64,000 bases of DNA from Lingula anatina (Eukaryota > Animalia > Brachiopoda): positions 61,358,788-61,422,787 of the forward strand of contig CM120640.1 in NCBI GenBank assembly GCA_051362555.1, given 5' to 3'. The position numbers and the translations under genes were made by a program. Within the stretch, counting starts at the first letter, position 1; every line of letters starts with the position of its first letter. Positions 1 through 12,300 of this stretch are shown one piece after another. The notes below the pieces were generated by a model that was not told the origin of the DNA, made no database searches, and worked only from the letters and a program-made list of their open reading frames with translations.

Positions 1-205
1 GAACTTAACTTTGATTGCACCATTTTTAGTTATATATATTTTTTGCATATTTTGAAAATTCTTGTTGATTGCATTTTTACAGCTTGTCAAGCACAAGACT
101 GGTGGCTGCACCCCTTATTTTGTGTATGTGGGGGTCTATACTAATGCGCTTGCTCCAGCTGGTGGTACAATATTCGGAGGCGGTATCGCCTCTCTGATCC
201 TCTAG
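1..205 (+). mobile_element. 3' end of HINE/Helentron-like family A element (truncated by window edge)
   Basis: Near-identical to 53161-53367: subTIR GCTGGTGGTACAAT, hairpin GAGGCG-GTAT-CGCCTC, terminal CTAG followed by a T-run. Confidence 0.85.
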
Positions 206-1646
206 TTTTTTAGTTATTTTAGAAATGGTTTTCAAAAAACCATTCCAGATGATTGAGCCAATTTTGAGGGTTTTTGGAAAAAATTATTTTTGTTACTCAT
301 TTTAATTAAATGTTAATTTAGTTGAGTATTTTTACAAATGCTCTTTATTATGCTAATTTTTGTGTATATATTAGAGAAGGAAATGCCCTGTTATAATATA
401 AAAACAAATTTGACATTGAATATTCACCTCTGCGTAGACCTGATCACAATTCACCAGGGTGTTTACACCATGTGCCTTTGTATGTACAACTTTATTTTCT
501 CCCAGATTTTTTATGTAAGTACAAATATATGTATATATAAATATCACGTACATGGTCTCGTCTAGTACTGTATAATGTACATTCCGTCCACTGGCATTTG
601 AAGTAAACTGTAAGGCCCTTCTCACATTGAGTGATATACTATAGTGATACAGTCGGCACCATTTTGAGAGGTCCCTTTACTACCTTTAATAAGTTCACTT
701 CCTGCTGTTTAGTTTATTAATTGGCCATGTCCAGCATGGAGGCTCCTTTAGGTGACTTTTTACCTGAACACTGCTTTAAAGTTGCCAATCAAATATGTTT
801 CAGTATGGATTGTATCTCTGAAGTATACTGCTCATTATATAGGAGGCCAAAATGTGTATCTATACATGTTGTGATTCATTATAAAAACACATTGAAATTA
901 TGTGATAGAGCCTGCACAGGGTATTCTAAAGACCAAAGCTTAGAAATGAAGAGATTGTTGAGTGCCTTTTTGGTACAATGAAGTATATTTACATATTAGA
1001 TATGGGTTTATGAATTAGATATCAGAATGGATTATGTATTGCAAGAAAATAAATATTCAGGCTACTAGTACATATATATGAGTTCTTTTTGTTCTTGGTT
1101 ACTACTTACAGAGAAAAAAAGGATCATGTCTCTGAGTATTCTGACAAATATGACAACATGGTTTGTGGTAAAAAGAAATAAAAAGAACACCAATAAATAA
1201 TTCACTACCAAAATATCCAAATGCACAACAAAATGCTGAACACGTTGGTTGTGCTTTGATTATTTCAGATCCAGCCTTAAATCTATTTTAAGTGATCAGA
1301 TAAAACAAGGAATTTGACAGATGTAATTAAATCACCTTTTTTAGTGCTGTCTCTCAATCCTAGCAAAACAAAATGGCTATATTAAAAATGGTGCAGAAGC
1401 AACTGCATTGTGGTAGATGTGCCTGAGCCAAATGAAAATATCTTAATTAATTATAATTAATTGCTGACATTCAGGTTATGAAGGAGGGATTTATTCTCCC
1501 CCTTTTTTTTTTTCTTATCCTGGGTCTATCACAGTTGAAGAAAAGTTTTTCGTCTTCAAGTATTTTTTTCTGCAGAACTTTTCCAGTATAATGGGTGAAC
1601 AGTGCATCTATTGCCCCTTTTCACATAGATGCGTACATTAAATGAC

Positions 1647-1757
1647 TCAGCTGCTTGGGACATTAGCTATGTCATCATTCTGCCTTCTCTTCACATGCTT
1701 CAACAAGTATACCAGTACCCCTGGAGTTATACCTGGTAACCTACTGGCAGCTCCCAG
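1647..1757 (-). CDS. MTO1: MTO1 last coding exon
   Basis: [36 protein letters not shown]; candidate AATAAA on minus strand at 1495-1490. Confidence 0.93.
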   Translation of the reverse strand: MGAASRLPGITPGVLVYLLKHVKRRQNDDIANVPSS

Positions 1758-3353
1758 CTGAAAGATACACCGTAGTAATTAGTAAGGAAGTTGGATTGGA
1801 ATCCATATTTAAGTAATGCTTCAATAGCTATAGACGAACTGAGTGTACAGGTATTAATCATAATCACATTTCCTTAAATTTCTCATTATTATAGCAATTT
1901 ATTATAATTTGTAATGATACAAAAATAATGAACAATATGAATAACAACTGTCAATATCTAAATATGTGCAAAAATATTTAAATAGTGCAAAATCACCTTG
2001 CAGTACTACATGTAGGAATATTGTGCATAAACTTACTGTCTGTGGTTTAGTTTCTGACAGTTTAACTCTCCATTCAATGGCTATATTCAAACTAAAAAAT
2101 AATTCCAAAATGGTTAACATCTTACTTAAGTTACAGAGTAGTGATTTCTTGAGGGGGGGGGGGGCACTACATACATTAACTTGTAGTATCTTTCTAAAAA
2201 AAGTTTTATTTTCTTTTGCAAACTAACTGAAAAGGGGCCCATGAAATCTTTTTCATCCCAAAGTACGAGCTCATTCTTCATAACATTGTAATTAGTCAAC
2301 TTCACTAAGATCCAGCAGCCTTCCAGGCAAATAACAATAGTGTCTACATTTAATTTTGTATCAATCACATACTAACACATTATTGAGTAATCCTAACCCT
2401 AGTCTGTGAGTATGTTGATTAATTTGCCACCTGAATGCACAAGTTATATAGATACACTGCTTGGCTAGGTCAACAACAACTGACCATGCCATGACCCACA
2501 GGTTACATTCACTGTAGCCTGCTACCCTTTCTATACTTTATTAGTTCTATACATTATTAGTCAATTAATGAAGGGCAGTGCGAGCACATAAATAGCTATA
2601 AATACAGTTTAGTTTTACAAGATACTTTTCTTTCTTGTCACGAATAAAATAATATGATAAGAAATGGAATTCATACACAGTAATTGCTTATTAGTATCAA
2701 GTTTATGAACCAGAAGCATGTTGTGTAATTGATAATTGACAATGAAAAGATATTATGCCGCATGAATTCCAGTGCAGGGGCCTGAAGATTTGAACATGCT
2801 CATATTTAAGTATAAATATTTTGTGATATTACACAACCATCTATAGACATTACAGCATAAGTTTCGATTACACTGTATTGTGCAGGCACTATAAATAAAC
2901 AAACATAAGGAGGGAACCATCAGTAATTACAACTTTGAGTCCTACCAAAGTGATAGGCACATGTTGGCTAGCTGATACTGAAAAGGTAAGTAATCAACCA
3001 ATCCAATACTCTCGTTCAAAAGATATACCAGTACATATGGAGAATAATTCTGAATGAATATGTAAACGTACCAGTAGGTGTGCACATGCAGGCATGTATT
3101 AGAAAGAGAAGGAGAATTAATGTAGCTGATACATATTTTCATTATGGAAGTGTTTTACTAAAGTGAAAAAAAAGAAAAGGTCAAAGTAGAGATGGGAGCA
3201 GTCTTACTTTGAATAGTCTAAATCCTCAGGCAAGATAAGCTGCTCGTCTTTTCTAACCTCCTCTATCTCTCTCGTCTCTTCCAACAAATTTACTGAGTAA
3301 ACAACTGAAATTTTAAAAACCATGTGACAACTTTCTGAGTGAAAACCTTATTC

Positions 3354-3388
<35 letters not shown>

Positions 3389-6300
3389 GTAATCTTTATT
3401 TTTTCCAAACTATACAATAAATGCATTTCAATGTTGTTTACAGTAAAAACAATTTAAATGTTATTAATATAATGGTTACATGTTGAATGATAAAAGATCC
3501 TTGCTTCTGAATGCTTTCTTTACCTTGTGTCTTTAATCTCTGAGCTAACTCTCTGTTCTTGACAAACCTTGAGAACTGTTCCGGATAAGCCCAAGCCAGA
3601 TTATCGAGTGTGATATCTGGTGAACTGAGCACTTCAAATGCACTGAAAATGTACAAGGGCATTAGATCTATCAGACAATTTGACATATATTCTAACCGAT
3701 TTGGTATTAGGCCACACTTTTTTATTTTTATGGATGACATCCTCTGGGGACCCCAAAATCGGTGCAAGAGGGCGAAAAAAAAAGTCCAAAAAAAAAAAAT
3801 ACCGCTTAAGTAAAGGAATGCTGTCAGTACACAGCTGGAAACACATGTACCACAGAAACACGTAATAAACTAACACTGTCTTTATCCATGCTCTCAAAAT
3901 ATTAAAGCATTGTCAATATTTCGTAGAAAGGTAAAAAAAGGTTATAAATAGATATGCTGCATGTTACCATATCTATATTAAGGTTATTCTATGCATTTTG
4001 CTGGTATACCAATCAATAAAACAAATAATAAACAAACAGTGGGTCTTTATTTGTGCTCTCAGAATATTAAAGCATTATGAACACTTCACAGAAATATTAA
4101 AAAATCATGCAAAGATATGCTTAATACTACCAAATCTATTAAAGGTCATTTCAGTCAATGCCGTTTTGTCTACTTTGACTCGCACGAAGCAGCCAAACTG
4201 TCGGGTGGCCTGTCCGACCTTCAGCCCACCAAATACCTCAACACCCTTGTCGACCCTGTTTTTGCTACAAAAAACATGTGCTGCCTTGGACTGAATGTCA
4301 GAATTTTCCGGGCAATAATCGCTGGCCACCACCAGCCTTTCGTATAATTATAGAAAGGTGATATCTCCATGCCCAATATCAATGGCATACCAATCCATTT
4401 ATGACTTTAATTGTCGTGTAACTTGACAGTAATCCTAGAGATGAATTTGACGGCATAGCTGCCAATTTCCACGTGGCGATAATACGCATGCGCAGAAAGC
4501 TCATTTTTCCGGCAAAATTCAATAAGGACGTTTGCGACAACCGACTTAGTTGGGGGTGAGAACGGACAAAAATCGGTGCGGGCACAGCATGTCATCCATA
4601 AAAATAAAAAAGTGTGGCCTTAATAGTGTCAGTGCATTTGGCTTTGTTCAGATTGTATTAGGTGAGACATCAGTTTAAGTTAAGCAAAACACAATATGAC
4701 CACATGATAATGATGAAAAATCTTTTTACTGTTTTCCAACCTTCTCACTGTTGAATGGTGTTGATACACATTTAATAATTTGATGTGTGGGTAACAAATA
4801 AACCTCTTAACTTAACCACAATAAACAAGAACTTTTAATTTTTACCTCATAAGACTCCCACTCTGTTTAGGTCTTAGGCCAAGTTTTTCTCTCCAACTGC
4901 TTATTGGTCGAGCAAATGTCCTAAGCAGGTCCATCCCTTCCTCCAAGTCTGCCCTATTCTTACACATTTTGTCATATCTGTATTGGCTGACACAGCCTGT
5001 TTGGTAGCCTGTCAAGATTACAAATTGAATAAAAAACATTTCTTTGAAACAATTAAAAAGCCTTCTACACAGAATTCAAAAATAAACAGTGGTAAGTCTT
5101 TCATAAAAGGGGAGAGATCATCACATTATCTAGACCACATATAATGGACTGAACAAAAGGGCTATATGCAGACAGTGTAGAAAAAGAAGTCTTTTAGAGT
5201 AAATACAAAGAGACACCGCCCATTTTTACTTCATAATCATATTCAATAAACCTCAGCCCAACCTCTGAATGATGCAGGTAAGCATGAGGTTACTCTATAC
5301 ATACTAATACACCTACCCTTCTCAGTGAGTCTAAGGTCAGCATTGTCTGGTCTCAGTGTTAGCCTGAACTCCGCCCTGCTGGTGAACATCCTGTAAGGTT
5401 CATTGGTGCCCTGTGTGGTGAGGTCATTGATCAGCACACCAATATAACCCTCAGTTCTGTCTACTGTCATGGGTGATTTGTGACGTGACTTTAATGCTGC
5501 ATTGATGCCTGCTATGATTCCCTAAGCAAACAGAATTATATATTGTGGAAAAAGAATGTTCCTAAATTCTGCCTTATGATATACAGGGTACAGTCATTTT
5601 TATGTACAGACACAGATGTGTCTGTACATATTGCCATCACCTGCGTCTGTCGTCGCCGATGCCGATGCCGATGCCGATGCCGATGGCGATGCCGATGCCG
5701 ATGCCGTCGCCGTGCACTTTCCTTGTAAACACGATAAGTGGAAGGCAGTTTTACTTTTTGGCTTTATATTTACAGAGCTGATGAATATTCATAAAACGCA
5801 GGTCAAGTTCGAAAATCAGCATGATCGGGCCATTATTGTCGAAGTTATGCTGTTTTTTCACTTTTCAGCATATATGCAACCCTGTAAACACATTTTAAGG
5901 AAAACCGTTAGGCCTGTTGACATGAAACTCACAGGAGTAATCAATCTTGCTAAAACGCAGGTCAAGTTTGAAAATCAGCATGATCGGGCCACTATTTTAG
6001 TAGTTATACGTTTTTTTCATTGTTCAGCATATATGCAACACTGTAAACACAATATAAGAAAAACAGAAAGCCCAATTGTCATTACACTCACAGGAATGGT
6101 CAATCTTACTAAAACGCAGGTTGAGTTCGAAAATCAGCATAATCGGGGCATTATTTTAGAAGTTATGCTGTTTTTTCACATTTCTTCAGATTTCCTCAGA
6201 TTTAATTCTTTGGCATGTTAAAGCAATAATAACTCTTCGTTTCGGCCAAAAAATGAATTTTCCTGGAGTAAACAACAATTTTCTAATACTTACCAATGGT

Positions 6301-9300
6301 TAATGAATCCATTTTTACATTCAAAGTTAGTCCCTAGTTTTTTTCTAAAAAGTTTGGTTTTTTGTTAAAATCTCTTAAGAGAATTTAACAGAGTATAGCT
6401 ATCAATGGAGGTCACGTGGTCTGAAGACAAGCTCAGACATCAGAATAATAGCTATAACTGCTGTTTTTGTGGTAAAACAGAATATATTATATTTCTATGA
6501 GTTATTCACAAGGTTTTTATTGTGAAATATACATCTCATACGAAGAGTTATTATCACTTTAATAGCCTTATTATTTAAGTAATAAGATACGTAAAAGTGT
6601 TTGTTAGACATTTCCTGCATCTTTACAACATTGTTAGTTGCTTATGTAAAAATGATGGTAAACTTGTTATCGTGTATTGTGTAATAAAGTTTCAAAAATG
6701 GAAATAAACTCATATCATTGCAGTTTGTCAGATTCAATCATTCACTATGTTCAGAATCTCAGAATGGAAGAAATTGGACATTTAACACTGTTCTATTGAT
6801 ATTTTTCACATCTCATCAATTTTCTTAGTTGATCTTATAAAAATGGCAGTAACCTATTAATTTTGTTTTATGTTAAAAAAGTGTTAAAAATGGAAATAAA
6901 CCCATTTCAGAACAGTGCAGTCTTGTTTACATTTTGGCATCTTTAAGGCGTGACTTTGAAGTTCCATCCGCCTAAAAACCTTTGTTAGTCACGTTTACTA
7001 TTTGTCCATGATACTAATATTTTATTATTAAAAATTGATGATCATTTTGCTGTTAAACATTATGTAATATTGCATCAAAATTTGAAAAAAACCTATTTTG
7101 GGCACTGCTCCCATGATGACCATTTAAGAAAAACCATGTCACTTACTGTTCTCAAACAGTACAGTTAATATGTACAGATGTGTCTGTACATATTGCCATC
7201 ACCTGCGTCTGTCGTCGCTGTCGTTGCTGTCACTGTTGCTGTCGCCGGCGCCGTGCACTTTCATTGTAAACACGATAAGTGGAAGGCAGTTTTACTTTTT
7301 GGCTGTATATTTACAGAGCTGATGAATATTCATAAAATGCAGGTCAAGTTCGAAAATCAGCATGATCTGGCCATTAATGTAGAAGTTATGCTGTTTTTTC
7401 ACTTTTCAGCATATATGCAACACTGTAAACACATTTCAAGGAAAACCGATAAGCTTTTTGTCATGAAACTCACAGGAGTAATCGATCTTACTATAACGCA
7501 GGTCAAGTTCGAAAATCGGCATGATCGGGCCACTATTTTAGTAGTTATGCTTTTTTTTCACTTTTCAGCATATATGCAACACTGTAAACACAATATAAGA
7601 AAAACAGATAGGCCAATTGTCATTAAACTCACAGGAGTGGTCATTCCTACTAAAATGCAGGTTGAGTTAAAAAATCAGCATAATCGGGCCATTATTTTAA
7701 AGAAATGCAGTTTTTTCACATTTCCTCAGATTTAATTCTTAGGCATGTAAATAGTTTCATTATTGAACTAATAAGATACGTAAAAGTGTTTGTTTGGCAT
7801 TTCCTTCAATTTTACAACATTATTAGTTGATTATGTAAAAATAATGGTAAACTTGTTATCGTGTATTGTGTAATAAAGTTTCAAAAATGGAAATAAACTC
7901 ATATCATTGCAGTTTGTCAGATTCAATCATTCACTATGTTCAGAATCTCAGAATGGAAGAGATTGGACATTTAACACTGCTCTGTTGATATTTTTCCCAT
8001 CTCATCAATTTTCTTAGTTGATCATATAAAAAACGGCAGAAAACTGTTAATTTTGTTTTATGTTAAAAATTGTTAAAAATGGAAAAAAAAAAAACATTTC
8101 AGAACAGTGCTGTCTCGTTTACATTTTGGCATTTTCAAGTTGTGACTTTGAAGTTCCATGGGCCTGAAGACCTTTGCTAGTCACATTTTCTGAATATCCA
8201 TAATACTAATATTTTATTATTAAAGTTGATGGTCATTATGCTGTTAAACATTATGTAATATTGCATCAAAATTTGAAAAAAAAACTATTTTGGGCACTGC
8301 TCCCATGATGACCATTTAAGAAAAAACATGTCATTTACTGTTCTCAAACTTACAGGAAAGAAACATGGGACTAAAATACAGCTTCAGTAGGAAATACAGT
8401 CTGTTTGGTAATTCTTACTGCCAGTTAAACAGTTATTTTGTGAAAATTTAATTTTTCACATATTGGCATTTTCAAGGTGTGACTTTGAAGTTCCACGGGC
8501 TTGAAGACCCATGCTAGTCACATTTTCTGAAAATCCATGCTACGTATATTTTATTATTAAAAATTGACGGTCATTATGCTGTTAACCATTATGTAATATT
8601 GCATCAGAATAGAAGAAAACACAATTTTGGGTGCTGCTGCCATGATGACCATTATGGGAAAACCATGTTACTTATGATTGCCAAACTTTCAAAAAAGAAA
8701 TACAGGACTAAAATGCAGTCTGAGTTGGAAAAGCAGTCTAAGTGACTTCTTTTTCTGGAAGTTATACATTTTCAAAGTGTAAACTTGTAACATATTTTAA
8801 TTACATTGGTATTACCTGTTGAGGATAATTAAAATTTGATGTTGAATTTGCAGTTTAACATAATGTATTTTTGCATCAGAATTGACAGTAGCCTATTTTG
8901 TGCATAGTTATTTCCTGTTTTTTGTCTGTACATTTGACAGCTTTGCTGCCTTGTTTTGTTTACATTCATTTAATTCTGAAGTAGGCACTCTGCAAATATT
9001 AATAAACATAAGAATAAGGATATGTCTCTTTACCTTGAAGCAACAGGTATACTTTTTATCTCATTTACTTTATTACTAGAGTCCAAGGTGCACCCCTGCA
9101 CCCACCCAACAAAAGAAGAGATTTTTTTTCTCCACCACATAATAGCACAATTACCAGACTTTTAAATGAACAATTTGGCTACAATGATATATAGAAAAGT
9201 ATGATCCTATTTGAAACAGATCAATATACCTGAGCTGCAGCTTCCTCATATCCAGTTGTGCCATTTATCTGGCCAGCAAAGTAGAGATTCTGAATAGGCT

Positions 9301-12300
9301 TGGTTTCCAGTGAGGTCCGTACCTGCCTGGGGTCTATATAGTCATACTCAACACCATACCCTGTAGATGAAAGGCAGAAGTTAAATAGCTAAATCAGTAG
9401 CTGCAACATAGGGCATTTCTAAACCAGAGAAATAGCTTACCCCACCTGATCAAATGAAAACTATGGAGTCTCTGGAATCTGGTCACCCAAAGATACAATG
9501 CAGTCTGATTTTCGGTCTACGAGAATACTGATAGGAATGAGGATTAATGTATTTTATGGAGTCCTTCCTACTTCCAGGCACTACCCGGTATTCTAGGCAT
9601 GGGATACATGACCAAAGAACTTACCTAAATCTTCATCACCAAGTATAATTTTTGTTATTTTTCATTCTGATATCCATAAATTGTTAGCCAAATAGATTTG
9701 AACCATGTTACCTTGTATTGAAACCCACATCATCTTCTATGGTATGACCATAGGACTCATGCCAGCTAGCAGATACATTTTTTTCTGATAAATCCTTATA
9801 ATAATTATATTGGATATAAAAAATATTTTAAAATTGTTTCATATTCTAATATATCACTGATATAGTGGAAAATAAAAAAAATTGCCTAACAAAACAAAGC
9901 CAAAAAATACAAACAAGCTTGACCTAAGCATTAATCTACCTGGTTTGACAACATCCACATTTTCCAGTCCCTGGATGGTCCTCATCATGTGCACCTGTTG
10001 CTCTGCGGGCAGTGTACAGGACATCCCCTGGGGGTACACAAGATGGGTGTCCAGACCTTGTATGAGTACAAATAAAGTTACTTAAAACCTTTACAGCCTT
10101 GGTATGTGCATCTGCCAGTAAGATATATCTAAAAGTCATGTGCATGTATGTGAGTGTGTTGGAAGATGTGTCTAGACCTTTAAAAAACCAAAGTACATGC
10201 ATGCTAGTGTACAGGACATTCCTAAGGATAAACAAGATAAAGCTTGAGGAGTAAGATGTACTAATAATGCTTTAAACAATATCAATGCTATAATAATTAT
10301 TCACTTAGCGCACAATGAATTTTAGAACACAGGTGGTACAAGAACAAAATAAATTGCCATTTAAAATGTTGTATCGTCTTACCTTCTGGTTCCAACCATA
10401 TCTGATGTGATCTTCCCCCAAACCTTAGCACCTTGGACTCTATGGAGGGGCAGTATCTGGGAAAAAAAACATGAAGAACTTATCATCTGGATAGCAGCTT
10501 AACAAACACTGTACACATATTGGGGGGGGGGGTAACTACTTAACAATTCTACAAACTGGAACTTGTCCAATGAGGGGACTTTATCATAGTTATATCATCA
10601 GTGCCCACAAGTTTACATAAATAAAGGAAGTGAGTTTTCAAGATAAAAAAACTCTGTATTTCTTAAAAATTGCTGTATTTCTTTAAAATACTAAAGGGTT
10701 AGGGGCACAAGAAAGAATTATTTGTGAAGATTACATTACCTAAAAATAACTTCCTTCACATCCCGAGAATGCCACAAATCTAAGATATAGACTATTTACC
10801 CATCCATCTTATCATTCATCAAATTTAGTACAACCTGGATAACCATTTCACTACAGTTCCTCTTAATCCTGGATAGTTTACACTCCCCTCCCCCCCCCCC
10901 CCCCCCCAAAAAAAAAAAAAAAAATCCCCAGGTAACTTCTCTAATTTTACTTTCACTTTATTCATTTCATTTCACTTCATGGAAAAACATAACTGTCACT
11001 GTTACAATTGCCAAAACCAAAATGCAACTGACATACAGAGACATGCACATAAGCCGTTAGAGCTTTTTGAAGATAAAATAAGCAGGCAAAGTTAAATTTC
11101 AAGGAACTTCTTTTTTCTCCTGGCAAATCATATTCCCACGAATGGTGATGCTAACTATCACCCATCCATCATTCACAAATTGAACCAGAGCCCTGACAAA
11201 GTTTAGAAAATTGCTCAATTCAGCCAAATAACTCTATCTTACACACACCACACAACTCATAATAGCAAGTAAAATGTCCTATTGATTTATCCTTGCAGCC
11301 AAATATCAACTTCCCATTCCAATGGTACTCAACTTTTAGAGTATGGACCAATCACTTCGGAACCTGAACATAGCCTTTTATCTGTAGGAGTCCACTTCCT
11401 CCATCTTCATTTGTCAAGTTTTGTCATGATCTTTGAAACAGGTTGACAGCCCAGGGAATTTCAACTGTCAGTTAGTCAACTAGCTTACACTAAAGACTAT
11501 TAGGTTAAGGAACCAGTGTGTGCACTAAGGCTTCACTATGAGTGTTCATGAAAATACATATACACAGGCTGCTGCATATAATCCTGTTTGTCTTCTTTTT
11601 TCATTTATTTTCTATTTGCAGTTCAGACAGACTTAAACATATTTTTAAAAAGTTCATATTCTTTTATATATGCAAAGTATTCTCCTTCTTTTAAAGTACA
11701 GAGGAATGGGCTTAAAAGTTCATCAACATGTCCTAAATGCACTGACCAATTTTTATGAAATGTTTGGCAATTGTCATGACAAAGAGCAGCCATTACGTTT
11801 TCTTGGTTAAGATGAATCCTGTTTTGATAGAGAGATAAATTACAGGATGCTCATAAAGTAAGCCACATATAAATATGGAAGCTGTGACAATTTATATGTG
11901 GCACTGAACTCATCAGATCTTTATGAATGTCAATTTTTACCATTTGTTCATCATTTTTACTGCAATTTGTCTTTACTTTTAAATTGCATTAGATCTTATC
12001 TTACATAAGATTTAGAACAAACTTGCAAGTCATGCATGCAGAGTTAGAAGATGAACAATGTATCTTGCCCAATTGCTCAAGTTTAATAAAGAAAGCCAAT
12101 TTACCCACCAAAAAATTGAAAGTATTACTTTTGATAGCCCTACAGATTAATTTAGTCTCCTCATGGACACAAATGATGAAGACCAAGCAGTTACAAAATT
12201 TATCATGAAAAACAGGGAAAAAAGATCAGAATTTTTAGGATAACCACAATAAAACATGCTGATGTTAATATGTAATTCAAGTGCTTTAAGTTAAAACTGT

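Larger units (their letters stand above)
5601..8954 (+). mobile_element. HINE/Helentron-like family B element with internal large duplication
   Basis: 5' 14-bp perfect hairpin TATGTACAGACACA-GA-TGTGTCTGTACATA, (GCCGAT)n microsatellite, 3x159-bp repeats; second 5' end and array at ~7167-7740; 3' subTIR TGTCTGTACAT (8923-8933) followed by a small hairpin CAGC-TTT-GCTG and TTGTTTT. Confidence 0.8.

Noticed and set aside
3998-4595. Overlapping short ORFs inside the 910-bp MITE
   Set aside because: No transposase or Myb/SANT-like motifs; expected in a GC-richer patch
5616-7735. 201-aa and 185-aa ORFs with 53-aa repeats
   Set aside because: They are translations of the HINE microsatellite and 159-bp (3x53) units, start inside the terminal hairpin, and show no recognisable domain. 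Treated as incidental unless dN/dS says otherwise.
11000-11500. A/C-skewed stretch suggestive of a decayed retroelement
   Set aside because: No reverse-transcriptase or endonuclease motif could be read in any frame
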